Positions 1-12,635 of a stretch of DNA of 64,000 nucleotides are shown one piece after another. The notes below the pieces were generated by a model. It was given only the letters and a program-made list of their open reading frames with translations. It had not been told where the DNA came from and ran no database searches. The stretch is from Mobula hypostoma (Eukaryota): positions 242,794,001-242,858,000 of the forward strand of contig NC_086097.1 in assembly GCF_963921235.1 (NCBI RefSeq), in the 5' to 3' direction. The position numbers and the translations under genes are program-made. The number at the start of each line of letters is the position of its first letter. Position 1 is the stretch's first letter.

Positions 1-61
1 AATTCAAAAATGCGAGCTGCAAAGGGGCTCGTGAATCCTCATGCAGGATTCCCTAAAGATT

Positions 62-375
62 TACCTGTGAAGGGTCACAGTTTGAGGATAAAGGGGAAGC
101 CTGTTAGGACAGAGATTAGGAAAAACTTCTTCACACAGAGAGTAGTGAATCTGTGGAATTCTCTGCCACAGGAAACAGTTGAGACCAGTTCATTGGCTAT
201 ATTTAAGAGGGAGTTAGATATGGCCCTTGTGGCTAAAGGGATCAGGGGGTATAGAGAGAAGGCAGGTACAGGGTTCTGAGTTGGATGATCAGCCATGATC
301 ATACTGAATGGCGGTACAGGCTCGAAGGGCTGGGCCTACTCCTGCACCTATTTTCTATGTTTCTATGTTTCTATT
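62..375 (+). mobile_element. CR1 LINE 3' fragment
   Basis: CR1 ORF2 C-terminus (GHSLRIKGKPVRTEIRKNFFTQRVVNLWNSLP) followed by 3' UTR and (TTCTATGT)n tail; near-identical copies at ~46310-46685 and ~51393-51745. Confidence 0.9.
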
Positions 376-1072
376 AGCTTGCAGGTTGATCTGGTGGTGA
401 GGAAGGTAGTGATTCATTGTGAGCATACATTTCAAGAGGACTAGAATATAAAAACAAGGATTTAATGCTGAAGCTTTATAAGGTTCTGATGAGGCCTTAC
501 CTGAATTATTGTGAGCAGTTTTGGTCCCCTTACCTAAGAAAGGATGTGCTGACATTGGAGAGCGTTCAGAGGAGATTCATGGGAATATCTCCGGGAACAA
601 TAGGGTTATTGTATGAGGAGCATTTGATGGCTCTGGGCCTGTACTCACTGGAATTTAGAAAAAGAGGCGGGGGGCAGGGGCAGTCTCATTGAATCCTATC
701 GAATGTTGAAAGGCCTAGATAGAGTGGATGTGGAGAAGGTGTTTCCTATGGTGGGTGAATCTGTGACCAGAGGTCACAGTCTCAGATTAGAGGAACGTCC
801 ATTTAGAATGGAGATGAGAAGAAATTTCTTTAGCCAGAGGGTGGTGAATCTATGGAATTCATTGCCGTAGGCAGCTATGGAAGCCAAGTCATTAGGTGTA
901 ATTAAGGTGGCAGTTGATATGTTGTTGATTAGTCTGGGTGTGGAAGGTTGCAGAGAGAAGGCAGGAGAATGGTGCTGAGGGCGAAAATGGATCAGCCAAG
1001 ATCAAATGGCAGAGCAGACCCAATGGGCCAAATGGCCTCATTCTGTTCCCATCTCTTGTGGTTTTATGGTCT
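376..1072 (+). mobile_element. Degenerate CR1 LINE 3' fragment
   Basis: LKLYKVLMRPYLNYCEQFWSPYLRKDVLTLESVQRRF motif typical of the CR1 ORF2 C-terminal region. Confidence 0.85.
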
Positions 1073-1199
1073 GAAATAGCTACTCATTCGGAGTTTTCAT
1101 TCATGAGGCTAGACTGTGAGGATTAATGGGGGATAGAACCACAGAGCGAAGAAAACCCTCCATCCTCCCACCCAGTGGCCATGGACACAGGGTAGTGTT

Positions 1200-1650
1200 T
1201 AGGAACAGGAACCTGCGTTCTGAGAGGTTCCATCACCTCCTGGTATGGAGGCTGCAATGCACAAGATTGACAGAGGTCGCAGAGGGCTGTAGACTCAGCA
1301 GGCTCCATTACGGGCACAACCGTCTCAATCATGAAACGCATCTTCTAAAGGCTGTGCCCTCAAGAAGGCCCTATCCATCCATAAGGATGCTCACCATCCA
1401 GGACGTGCCCTCTTCTCATTACTACCATCAGGGAGGAGGTCACATTTTAGGAACAACTTCCTCCCCTCCATCCTTGGATTTCTGAATGGTCAATTAACAC
1501 TGCCTCACCTTCCTCTTTTCTACTATTTATTTGTATTAGTTTTTATTGTAACTGATAGTAACTTTTCTCTTATGACTAGCACTGTACTGCTGCCTCAGTA
1601 AAACAAATTTCATGACAGATGTCAGAGATAATAAAACCGATTTTGATTCA
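1200..1650 (+). mobile_element. Rex1/Babar-like LINE 3' fragment (degenerate)
   Basis: Similar to better copies at 43800-44280 and 58225-59045 (ccatcagggaggag motif, AT-rich 3' UTR). Confidence 0.5.
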
Positions 1651-3299
1651 GAGACTGCAAGTTGTGATATTGGAAAACTGATAGGATCTCAAATGGAGCT
1701 AAATGTTGGCAGTCTGTCACGCTAAAACACTTCTGAACATTTGGTGAAATACTTTCCTTCTATAAGACTCATTATCTCCCATGGTCCCCATAGCAACTAA
1801 TTAACTTATGCAGCACAGACAGTTGATGTTTTAGGGCTGAGACTCTGAAAAGTCAACCGTTTATTCCTTTCTGCAGATGCTGCCTAACCTGTTGATTTCC
1901 TCCAGTACCTTGCATGTGTTACTCTGGATTTCCATAATCTTCAGAATCTCTTATGTTTATAATTATGCAATAGGTTACTGGGCAGCACCTACTCTGTCCT
2001 TGGCATTACAGGGGCTACAAAGGAAAGAGCTGTAAGGTCTGTCACAGAGGCTCACGGTGGCTCTGGATCAAGAGGTGTGACCCGTGGACCAAGTGTGCCT
2101 GGGACACAAGTCAAGGCCTGTTCAAGCCCAGCTGGGCTGCCTGGGTGAGGATGACTGATGCGGAAAGACCAAAAGCACCCGATGACCTCAGGTTACATCA
2201 CTGATAATGTGTCCCATTGCATCCTGGGACGTATCTCAGTATCAGAGTGTGATCTTGATCAGATTTTTTGCAAGGAATTGCCAGTAAAAAACCCCAGATT
2301 TGTCTCTTTTACTATTTTATTACATTTTTTTCTTTTCTTCTGTATTTTATTCTTTATATAACTCTAATAAAGTTATTTCTTGTTTCTTTTAACATGTGTA
2401 CAGTGTCTTCCTTGTGGATACACTTGCTGCTGAATCAGAAAAAGAACAAGGAGTAGATTTTAAAATAATTTTTCTACACAATCTAAAATCCATTCTCATA
2501 TTCTGTGCGTATCTCTAAATAAAATAGTATCTTATCCCAAAGACATGATCTCATACCTGGTACAGGAACATTTTAATTGGCACATTATCAATAACCAGGA
2601 ATTCAAATGCACTTCCACTTTTGATTCCTCTACCTCCATCCTGTTTGTCACATGCTCAAAGAACTTCAGTACATTTGGAATCATGGTGGATGTCTATCAT
2701 GACGGTGGCAGGAGACCTGTGCGGAAGAGGTTTTAAAGCGGAAAAGCCATTTTCACTGGGGCAGTTTCATTCTCTCAACCTCAGAAGTCTTGGTCCAGAG
2801 GTACGAACAAGCGTCACAAACTGAGGTCTTCCTTGGTTGCAGTGGATGAATATAATGTCTTCCGTGCCTTGTCACTCTTCATGGAGCATTGCAGTATTGC
2901 CTTCCTCGCTGTTGGATCACACAGTAGATTTTATCTGTTGAGTCCACCACAGCTGACTTTGCATGCTGGGACAGACATGTCCCTACCTCACGGGGGTATG
3001 TGGTCACCAGCTACCCTCACCCGGTCAAAGGTGCGTGCCACTGTTGCACGCAAACAGCTACTTGGAGCCACAGGTGAGAGCTGCGTGTCCGGTGGGGACC
3101 AGAGTTGTCCTGGAATGGACATGACAAAGCCTCTTCACCTCTCCCTGGATGCCCAATACACTCCATTTAAAGTAATAGAGTCACAGAAGAGTAAAACACA
3201 GAAACAGGCCCTTTGGCCCATCTAGTCAATGCCGAATCATTTAAACTGCCTACTCCCATCAACCTGCAGCCAGATCAAGGCCCTTATGTGAAACATGAT

Positions 3300-3790
3300 T
3301 CCTATTTCATGAGACTATATTGGCTCTGCTAGATTCCATCATGACTTCTGAAATTTCTTGACCCACCCTAGATTCATCGCTTCATGATGATCACTTCATC
3401 AAATGCCTTCCCTCCTTCTGCCACAAAATGCATGATTTCCATCCTTACCCCCTTCCTTTTCCTCACCTGCTCATTCCCACCCTCTGGTTCCCCTCCTTCT
3501 TCCCTTTTTCCCATGGTTCATTCTCCTTGTCCTTGTTCTTCAGCCCTTTACCTCTTCCACCTACCACTTCCCAGCTTCACACCTCAAACCCCCTCTCCCA
3601 CCTGGTCTTACCTATCACCACCTAGCTTGTACTCCTTCCCTTCCCCTCCCCTTCATATTCCGGCCTCTTTCCCATTGCTGTCCAGTCCTGATGAATGATC
3701 TTGACTCAAAACATCAACGGTTTATTCCCCTCCATGGATGCTGCCTGACCTGTTGAGTTCCTCCAGCATTTTGTGGGTGTTGGTCTTGAA
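3300..3790 (+). mobile_element. Penelope-like element 3' terminal fragment with decayed hammerhead motif
   Basis: Pyrimidine-rich tract, then CCAGTC-CTGATGA...GATGCTGCCTGACCTGTTGAGTTCCTCCAGC, the same terminus as the GIY-YIG-bearing copy at 11865-12570. Confidence 0.7.
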
Positions 3791-3969
3791 TCAACTTCCT
3801 TAACAGCAGATTCCACTATCTGTTGAGTGATGGGTAGAGTAGTCTGCTTTCCATTTCCCTCCTTTCTTGAATAAGGACTTTAATCTATGATTTTCAATCC
3901 ATTGGGATAAATCCAGAATGTATATTTTTGGACAATCACAACCAATGCTTCCCATTGGCTGAGAAAGAG

Positions 3970-4228
3970 ACACCAGGGTACCCTAATGGTTAGCACAATA
4001 CTTTACAGTACCAGTGGCCTAGGTTCAAGTTCCACTACTATCTGTAAAGAATCTGTACGTTTTCCCCCGTGTGCGTGTGGGATTCCTCCAGTTGCTCCCA
4101 CAGTCCAAAGTCCTGCTGGTTGGTAGGTTAATTCGTCATTGTAAATAGTCCAGTGATTAGACTAGGGTTAAATTGTGGTCTGCTGGTACAGCTCAAAGGA
4201 CCAGAAGGGCCTGTTTCACACTATATCT
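3970..4228 (+). mobile_element. HE1/V-SINE-type tRNA-derived SINE
   Basis: GGTTCAAGT B-box-like head and V-domain-like core (gtgggattcctccagttgctcccacagtccaaag...ggttaatt...cattgtaaat); four other copies in the window. Confidence 0.7.
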
Positions 4229-5734
4229 CAATATGTAAATAAAATCTCTCTATAGCCACATGGCAAACTAACTGAAGCACAACTTACTTTTAAAGGAGCA
4301 GCTGAAATAGCTGTATCAATGGAAACAGCAGACAGAGATGCAACTGAGTTGCAGTCAGGAATGAAAGCGAGCATGAACAAAATTGCAATGTTTAAACAGA
4401 AGCAGGTCTGGCTGAACAAATTATGTTACCCTTGTGGCAGGGGTTTACATACACCAGACCAAATGTAAGTTTAAAAGTGAAGCTTGCAGAAAATACAACA
4501 AAGTAGAGCACAAACAAAAAAAAAATGCGAGGCAGACAAAAATAAATGGACTGCACAGGGAAGAGAAAAAGTTAAAAAGTCAAATTGCAGTTTTACAAAG
4601 AGCACTAATCTGCATGCTATTGATGAAAAACTTGAGAGTGACACATCCTTGAGACTTACACTGTGAAAACTAACAACAGACAAACAATATGTCTTACACC
4701 AGTAGTTAATGGCAAATGAATTAAAAATGAAATTGGACACTGGCTCAGTTGTTTCAGTCATACTACAAAAAGAGTTTGAATGGCATTTCTAAGGTACAGA
4801 ACTGAAGCCTGTAGATATCCAACTAAGAATTTATACTGAAAAAAAAAGAGAACTCTTATGGGAGCAGTGAAATATAACAATCAACATAACAAATTGGGTT
4901 TGTATGTGGTAAAATCAGGAGGACCAGCATTGTGGGTTAATGATTAGCTGAGACTTTATCCAGCATTTTCATATCAAGGCTAATATAATGTTAAATGAAA
5001 ATGCCACACCCAAGTTTTCAAAGTCAGTTGACGCACAGGATTACTCAAGTGTGCTGAGAAAATTCAAGCAGCGGAGGATGCCCCAAGGACAAAGGATGTG
5101 TCACAGGATTTGTCAATTACTATAACAGGTTCCTGTTACATCTGGCTACATGTTCCTCCCCTTGAACTCATTACTACAGATCAGGAAGAAATAATAATGG
5201 ACAAATAAGTATGAAGTGGCTTTCCAAAAGGCAAAGGAAATAGTGATGTCAGATTCTGTCCTCACATGTTATGATCTACATCGTCCAGTAAACTTGCCTG
5301 TGACACTTCGCCTTATGGTATTGGTGCAGTCATGCCACATGTTATGCGTGATGGAAGCGAACACCCAATAACATTCCCTTACTGCTGCAGAGAACAGTTA
5401 CGGACACATTGACAGTGGGGCCTTGAGTCTGGTTTGGGGTGTAAAACATTTCAACCAGTACTTGTATAGGAGAGAGCTTTCCCTCATCAAACACCAGTGT
5501 CCATTTGCAGTCCACGGAAGGGTGACCCACTAACACCAGCAGCACAAATGTAGAGATGAGCCCTGTTTCTTGGAGGACACAATCACAAGCTTGAATTCAA
5601 GAGGATGACTACGCATAGAAATATGAATGGATTGTCCCATTTACCATTGGAAAATGAAATACCTGAAAAGTTTACAAAAGAAGACAGTCCTTGATGTATT
5701 CTCCCTAACTCAAATTGAGAACCTCCCTATTATA

Positions 5735-6407
5735 GATAATAGACAATAGACAATAGGTGCAGGAGTAGGTCATTCAGCCCTTCGAGCCAGCACCGCCATT
5801 CACTGTGATCATGGCTGATCATCCACAATCAGTATCCAGTTCCTGCCTTATCCCCATAACCTTTGATTCCGCTATCTTTAAGAGCTCTATCCATCTCTTT
5901 CTTGAAAGCATCCAGAGACTTGGCCTCCACAGCCTTCTGGGGCAGAGCATTCCACCTATCCACCACTCTCTGGGTGAAAAAGTTTTTCCTCAACTCTGTT
6001 CTAAATGGCCTACCCCTTATTCTTAAACTGTGGCCTCTGGTTCTGGACTCACCCGTCAGCGGGAACATGCTTCCTGCCTCCAGCGTGTCCAATCCCTTAA
6101 TAATCTTATATGTTTCAATAAGATTCCCTCTCAGCCTTCTAAATTCCAGAGTATATAAGCCCAGTCGCTCCAATCTTTCGACATATGACAGTCCCACCAT
6201 CCCGGGAATTAACCTTGTGAACCTACGCTGCACTCCCTCAATAGCAAGAATGTCCTTCCTCAAATTTGGAGACCAAAACTGCACACAGTACTGGAGGTGT
6301 GGTCTCACCAGGGCCCTGTACAGCTGCAGAAGGACCTCTTTGCTCTTATACTCAATTCCCCTTGTTATGAAGGCCAGCATGCCATTAGCTCTCTTCACAG
6401 CCTGCTG
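5735..6407 (-). mobile_element. CR1 LINE 3' fragment with intact ORF2 C-terminus, inserted in the Gypsy element
   Basis: ORF 5829-6464: LQLYRALVRPHLQYCVQFWSPNLRKDILAIEGVQRRFTRLIPG...FFTQRVVDRWNALP; (CTATTGT)n tail. Confidence 0.92.
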
Positions 6408-7074
6408 AGACAATCTAAAGGGAAACCAGAAAAGAGCCCACACTGTCTCAGGTCTACATGGCAACCCAAAATGGCTAGAATGTGCAGCAGAAACTCCAGT
6501 TCCACCATTTTCACCAGCGCTCGGATAAACTTGCCCTGGACAGAGGTTGCCTCATGTGGGGAATGAGAGCTGTTGTTCCATCCAAGCTGAGAGCTAAAGT
6601 GCTGGAGGAGCTCCATGCTGGTCATCGAGGCATGGTTAACATTAAAGCTTTGGTTTCAAACTTTGTCTGGTGGTGCAGATCGAGCAGCTTGCCATGCGCC
6701 ATTCGGGATGCGAATATCGGCGCCTCTCCAACAACCGTCACAGGGGAGGCACCACAACCTGAGGTTTTTTCACAGCTACAAGTCTCACCTGCCAAGCAGA
6801 GTGACCCCCTCCCCCCCTGTCAGGAAAGACTCAAACCTACAGGAGTAATCAGGCTTCAACAGTACTAAATCTTTAGGCCTGAAAGGGACAATCTAAACAT
6901 TTCCTATGCTATGGATGTAGTAGTCGTTTTATATAGTATACTGTGTGTATAGTTGAAAAGCATTCTATATTGAGTTGGAGTTTATAGCTAAGCAGTGAGC
7001 AGTGTTGTGTATTTAATATTTCAGCAATATTGTAAATGCATTGTTTGATTAAGCACTCAATGCACTCAATATTA

Positions 7075-7540
7075 ACAGTATTGTGAAGGACCCCATGCAC
7101 CCTTCATACAAACTCTCTCCCTCCTGCCATCTGGCAAAAGGCACCAAAGCATTCGGGCTCTCATGACCAGACTGTGCAACAGTTTCTTCCCCCAAGCCAT
7201 CGGACTCCTTAATACCCAGAGTCTAGACTGACATCTACATCATTTATCATTATATTGTAATTTGTCCTCTACTGTGCCTATTGTCTTGTTTATTACTTCT
7301 TGAACTGCCCTGCACTGTTTTGTGCACTTTATGTTGTCCTGTGCAGGTCTGTAGTCTTGTGTAGTTTTTGTGTTGTCTTATGTAGTCTAGTGTAGCCTTG
7401 TGTCGTCTCACTTAGCCTAGTGTAGTTTTGTGTTGTTTCACGTAGCACCAGGGTCCTGGAGGAACATTGTTTCGTTTTCACGGTGTACTGTACCAGCAGG
7501 TTATGGTCGAAATGAAAATAAACTTGACTTGACTTGACTG
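7075..7540 (+). mobile_element. Rex1/Babar-like LINE 3' end inserted in the Gypsy LTR
   Basis: Decayed LLPSGKRH.SIRAL..RLCNSFFPQAIGLLN coding end, internal ~30-bp tandem repeats at 7340-7445, AATAAA and (CTTGA)n tail. Confidence 0.7.
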
Positions 7541-8054
7541 TTGTTTGTTTAAACAATTTATTGTGGGTTTTATATATATAAGTACGTGAATTGTATACAT
7601 CATCACACAACCATCTGATACGGGTGCACCTTGCTTAAAGCAAACAAGAAGTTCGACTCACATTGTGGACTCCCACCTTTTCCTTTCAGTTAGTTTAGTG
7701 TTTTGGAGCTACAAAACATATCACAGAGGTTGATAGGTTCTTGATTAGTCAGGACTTTACTAATTAAAAACTTAATCACCATCGTTTAAAATATACCTAA
7801 TGACTTGGCCTCCAAAGCTGTCTGTGGCAATGAAATCCATAGATTCACTACCCTCTGGCTAAAGAAATTTCTCCTCATCTCTGTTCTATAGGGACATCCT
7901 TCTATTCTGAGCCTGTGCTTTCTGGTCCTTGACCCTCTCACTATAGCAAACGTCCTTTGTACATACTAGGCCTTTCAATGTTTGAAAGGTTTCAGTGAGA
8001 TCCCCCTCCTCTCATTCTTTTAAATTCCGTATCACAGGACACCTACTGACTCAC

Positions 8055-8173
8055 TTGCCCTTTCCTTACAAGGAAGTGGGATAAAGGCTGCTGACTTCAT
8101 GGCTAAGGGGAACACAGCTTGAAAATCAAATATGATTGCAACCATAGATGAGATGAAGAGTCCAGTAGTGAAC
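8055..8173 (-). CDS. Candidate internal exon (FTTGLFISSMVAIIFDFQAVFPLAMKSAAFIPLPCKERA)
   Basis: ttttcag|G acceptor, CAA|GTGAGT donor, only one open frame, start phase 2 compatible with the donor at 24720. Confidence 0.3.
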
Positions 8174-8539
8174 CTGAAAATAGTTCTTGGTTCCTTTAAC
8201 TGGCACTGCCTGACGCTTCTTGTTCGTTTTTAAGACTTGTCCATCGATGCATAATTAAGGTATTGTTCAATTTGGGAAAACGGCAGCACTGACAACTGGT
8301 CAGATATGATATACATCATCATATGATCGCCTGGCATAATACCGGCAGCGTCTTCCGGCTGGACGTGGTCATTCTGCAGTGTTCCCACCGAGAGTCACTG
8401 GAACATAGAACACAGTCCAGGGCAGGCTCTTTGCCCCACAACATTGTACCAGTCCAACTTACTCCAAGATCAACCTAACCTTCGCTCCCATGTAACCCTC
8501 GCTGTTTCTTTCATGCATGTACCTAAGAGTTTCTTAAAA

Positions 8540-10020
8540 AGACCATAAGACACAGGAGCAGAATGAGGCCATTCAGCCCATTGAGTCTGCTCCATCATTC
8601 CATCATGGCTGATCCCGGATCCCACTCAACCCCATACACCTGCCTTCTCGCCATATCCTTTGATACTCTGACCGGTCAGGAAACGATCAACTTCTACCTT
8701 AAATATACTAACGGACTTGGCCTCCACCACAGTTTGTGGCAGGGATTTCCACAGATTTACTACTCTCTGGCTGAAAGAATTTCTCCTTACTTAGTTCTAA
8801 AAAGTCACCCCTCCATTTTGAGGCTGTGCCCTCTAGTTCTGGATACCCCCACTATAGGAAACATCCTCTCCACATCTACTCTATCTAGACCTTTCAACAT
8901 TCAGTAGGTTTCAATGAGACCCCTATGCATTTCTCTAAATTCCAGTGAATACAGGCCCAAAGTTGCCAAATGATCCTCATATATTAACCCCTTCATTCCC
9001 AGAATCATACTCATGAACCTCCTCTGAACTCTCTCCAATGACAGCACATCCTGTCTGAGACAAGGGGCCCAAAACTGTTGCCAATACTCCAAGTGTGGCC
9101 TGACTAGTGTCTTATAAAGGCTCAGCATTATCTCCTTGCTTTTATATCCTATTCCTCTTGAAATAAATGCCAACATTGCATTTGCCTCCTTGACCATAAA
9201 CTTAGCCTGTAAATTAACCTTCTGGGAGTCTTGCTTGAGGACTCCTAAGTCCCTCTGCACCTCTGATGTTTGAACCTTCTCCCCATTTAGGTAATAGTCC
9301 ACTCTATTGTTCCTTTTACCAAAATGCATTATCATACATTTCCCAACAATGTATCTTATCTACCATTTTTTTGCCCATTCTTCCAATTCGTCTATATTCT
9401 GCTACAATGGCGTTGCTTCCTCAGAACTACCTACCCCTCCACCTATCTTTGTATCATCTGCAAACTTTGCCATGAAGCCATCAATTCCATTATTCAAATC
9501 ATTGACAAGCAATGTGAAAAACAGTGGTCCCAATACTGACCCCTGAGGAACACCACTAGTCACTGGCAGCCAATCAGAAAAGGCCCCTTTTATTCACACT
9601 CACTACCTCCTGCCTGTCAGCCATTCCGTTATCCAGTATCTTTCCTGTAATGCCAAAGAATTTTATCTTATTAAGCAGCCTCATGTGTGGCATCCTATCA
9701 AATGCCTTCTGAAAATCCAAGTAAATAACATCCACTGCCTCCCCTTTGTTCTCCCTACTTGTTACTTCCTTGAAGAACTCTAAAAGATTTGTCAGAAAAG
9801 ATTTCCCTTTACAGAAACCATGCTGACTTTGACTTAAATTATTATTAGTCTCCAAGTACCCTGAGACTTCAACAATAATAATAGACTCCAACACATTCCC
9901 GACCACTGAGGTTATGCTAACTGCCTGTAATTTCCTTTCTTTTGTCTTCCTGTCTTCTTAGAGGGTAGAGTGATATTTGCATTTTTCCAGTCCTCCGTGA
10001 CCATGCCAGAATTAAGTGAT
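8540..10020 (-). mobile_element. CR1 LINE, RT to 3' end (degenerate)
   Basis: QHGFCKGKSFLTNLLEFF, VDVIYLDFQKAFD, LYKTLVRPHLEY motifs in ORFs 9574-9906 and 8901-9335. Confidence 0.9.
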
Positions 10021-10024
10021 TGTT

Positions 10025-10630
10025 GAAGGATCTCCCTAATGTATCTGCCTCTACCACTTCCTCTCACAATGTGTTATATGCACTCACCACTCTCTGTGTA
10101 AAAATCTTAGCTCTGACATACTCCCTATACGTTCAATTAGCCATTTCCGCTCTGGAAAAAGCCTCTGACTATCCACTCGATCTGTGCCTCTTATCATCTT
10201 GTACACTTATATCAAGTCACCTCTCATCCCCCACTGCTCCACAGAGAAAAGTGCTAGCTCGCTCATTCTATCCTCATAAGACATTTTTTGCAATCCAAGC
10301 AGCATCGTGGTAAATGTCTTCTGCACCTTCTCTGAAGCTGCCACATCCTTCCCTTAATGACGTGACCAGAAATGAACAGAATACTCTAGGCGTGGTCTAA
10401 ACTTGAATACAACATTCCAATTTTTATAGAGCTGCAACATCACTTTGTGGTTCTTGAACTCAATGCCCTGAATAATGAAGGCCTATACACCACATACCTT
10501 CTCAACAACCCTATCAACTTGCGTGGCAACTTTGAAGGATCAACATATGTTCATGGACTCTCAAATCCCCCTCCATGCTGCCAAGAACACCCCTCCCATT
10601 AACCTGTTTTCTGCTTTCAAGTTCGACCTA
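10025..10630 (-). mobile_element. Older CR1 fragment
   Basis: Antisense similarity to the CR1 ORF2 C-terminal region (caccactctctgtgtaaaaa, gaccagaaatgaacagaatactc). Confidence 0.7.
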
Positions 10631-10989
10631 CAGTACCAAGTTCCACACACTGGGATAGCATTGGAATGCTAAACCAGGGAATGTAGTCTCTGTGAGAAAG
10701 ACAAAGGGACATTTCAGTAGCATATACGAGTCTGGATTTCTAAATCTGATTGGAAAGTTTATTTTGTGCTTTACTTTGCCTTGTGTCAAATGGAGACACA
10801 ATTGTTTTCCCTAAGGTCTCCTCAAAGAAATCAAGGTCAATTAGGCACAAAATAAGTTTTACAAATCCGTATCAGAAAGGTGTCAAAGGTTACAGGGAGA
10901 AGGCAGGAGAATGGGGTTGAAAGGGATAATAACTTGGCCAGGATGAAATGGTGGAACAGATTCAAAGGGCTGAATTTTTTACTTTTTAA

Positions 10990-11270
10990 AAATTTATTGA
11001 GATACAGCGTGAAGTATGTTCTTCTGTCCCTTTGAGACATGCCACCCAGCAATCCCCTGATTTAACTCTAGCCTAATCACAGGATAACTTACAATGAGCA
11101 ACTGACCTACCAACTGGTACATCTTTGGACTGTGGGAGGAAACTGGAGCACCCGGTGGAAACCCACCCGGTCACAGAGAGAATGTCCAAACTCCTACAGG
11201 CAACAGCAGGAAATGAATCTAGCTCGCTGCCACTGTAAAGCGTTGTGCTAACCACTAACGTACCGTGCCA
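10990..11270 (-). mobile_element. HE1/V-SINE-type SINE
   Basis: Reverse strand reads tggcacggtacgttagtggttagcacaacgctttacag...gggtttccaccgggtgctccagtttcctcccacagtccaaagatgtacc. Confidence 0.8.
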
Positions 11271-11864
11271 TCAAATGGACCAGTTCCACTTCTGTATCTT
11301 ACGGTTTTCTGAGGTAGTCAGTTATTCTGTCCAATATTGCTGCTTCCTATTGATATTCTGGCATTTGAAAGCAGCTTGCAATCTATTAATTCACAAGCTA
11401 CCAAGTATGACACAAGCAAGGAAGCAGGAAGTTGAGTGACGTGATATGGTAATAGTACACTAAATCAGAGTTTGAATCAAGTTTATTGTCACTGTCGTAT
11501 GATGTCAAATTTGTAGTTTTGTGGCAGCGGTACAGTGCAAAGACGTTAAATTACAATACGTTGCAAAACAAATAAACGGTGTGGTGATGTTCACAGACCC
11601 TTCAGAAATCTGATGATGGAGGGGAAGAAGCTGATTCCGAATTGTTAAGGGTGCTTCTTGTAGAGGTGGCTGGAGTGATTGAAGCACCCTGCTCACGCAC
11701 GACTGCACGGCCAAACACCTGAGTAATCACGTTGTCAAGTTCGCCAATGACACGACAATGGTGGGGCTCATCACCAACAATGATGAGACATGCTATAGAG
11801 AAGAGAGGGAAGAGCTCAAGGGCTGATGCCAGGCAAATATCTTCTTCCTCAAAGCTGACAAGAG

Positions 11865-12570
11865 ATGGGCTTCCAGATGAGGCGACACTTCACATGTGAG
11901 TCTGTTGGGGTCGTCTACTGTATCTCGTGCTCCTGTTTATTGGTGAGACCTGATGTAGGTTGGGAGAGTGCTTCACCAAGCACCCACGCTCCATCTGCCC
12001 GATAGCCACCCATTTCAATTCTACTTCCCATTCCCATTCCAACATGTCAGTCCATGGCCTCCTCTACTCCCGCGGTGAGGCCACACTGAGGTTGGAGGAG
12101 CAACACTTTATATTCCGCCAGAGTAGCCTCCAACCTGATGGTATGAACATCAATTTCTCAAACTTCCAGTAATTGCATCCCCCCCCACTCCACTATTCCC
12201 CATTTCTGTTCCCCTCTCTCACCGTATCTCCTTACCTGCCCGTCTCCTCCCTCTGGTGCTCCTCCTTCTTCCCTTTCTACCATGGTATTCTGTCCTCTCC
12301 TATCAGATTCCCTCTTCTCCAGCTCTTTATTTCTTTCACCAGTTGACTTCCCAGCTCTTTACTTCACCCCTCCCCCCCTCCCGGTTTCACCTATCACCCA
12401 CCACCTTGTACTTGTTCTCCACCTCCCCGACCTTCTTACTTTGACTTCTCCTCTTCCTTTCCAGTCCTGATGAAGGGTCTTGGCTTGAAACGACGACTGT
12501 TTACTCTTTTACCTAGGTGCTGCCTGGCCTGCAGACTTCCTGCAGCATTTTGTGTGTGTTGCTCATTTCA
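11865..12570 (+). mobile_element. Penelope-like element 3' part (GIY-YIG C-terminus plus hammerhead-bearing terminus)
   Basis: FTCESVGVVYCISC...IGET, PIATHFNSTSHS...RLEEQHFIFRQSSLQPDGMNINFS; hammerhead motif CAGTC CTGATGA...GAAAC GAC GACTG at ~12462-12500. Confidence 0.85.
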
Positions 12571-12635
12571 CAGATGTGCCGTCAAGAGCATCCTAACGTG
12601 CTGCATCTCTGCTTGGTACAGAAACTGCTCTGTGA

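Larger units (their letters stand above)
4250..7725 (+). mobile_element. Degenerate Ty3/Gypsy LTR retrotransposon (Mag-like), internally deleted, with 3' LTR at 7003-7725
   Basis: Protease LKMKLDTGSVVSVI (~4720), RNase H LACDTSPYGIGAV (~5295), integrase-linked region LMWGMRAVVPSKLRAKVLEELHAGHRG (~6550); LTR TGTTGTG...TATCACA matches the solo LTR at 30745-30997; interrupted by CR1 and Rex1-like inserts. Confidence 0.8.

Noticed and set aside
2557..2640. Possible 84-nt minus-strand exon (CAG|GTATGA donor)
   Set aside because: Weak acceptor, and the frame compatible with the 8055 exon contains a stop; no recognisable homology
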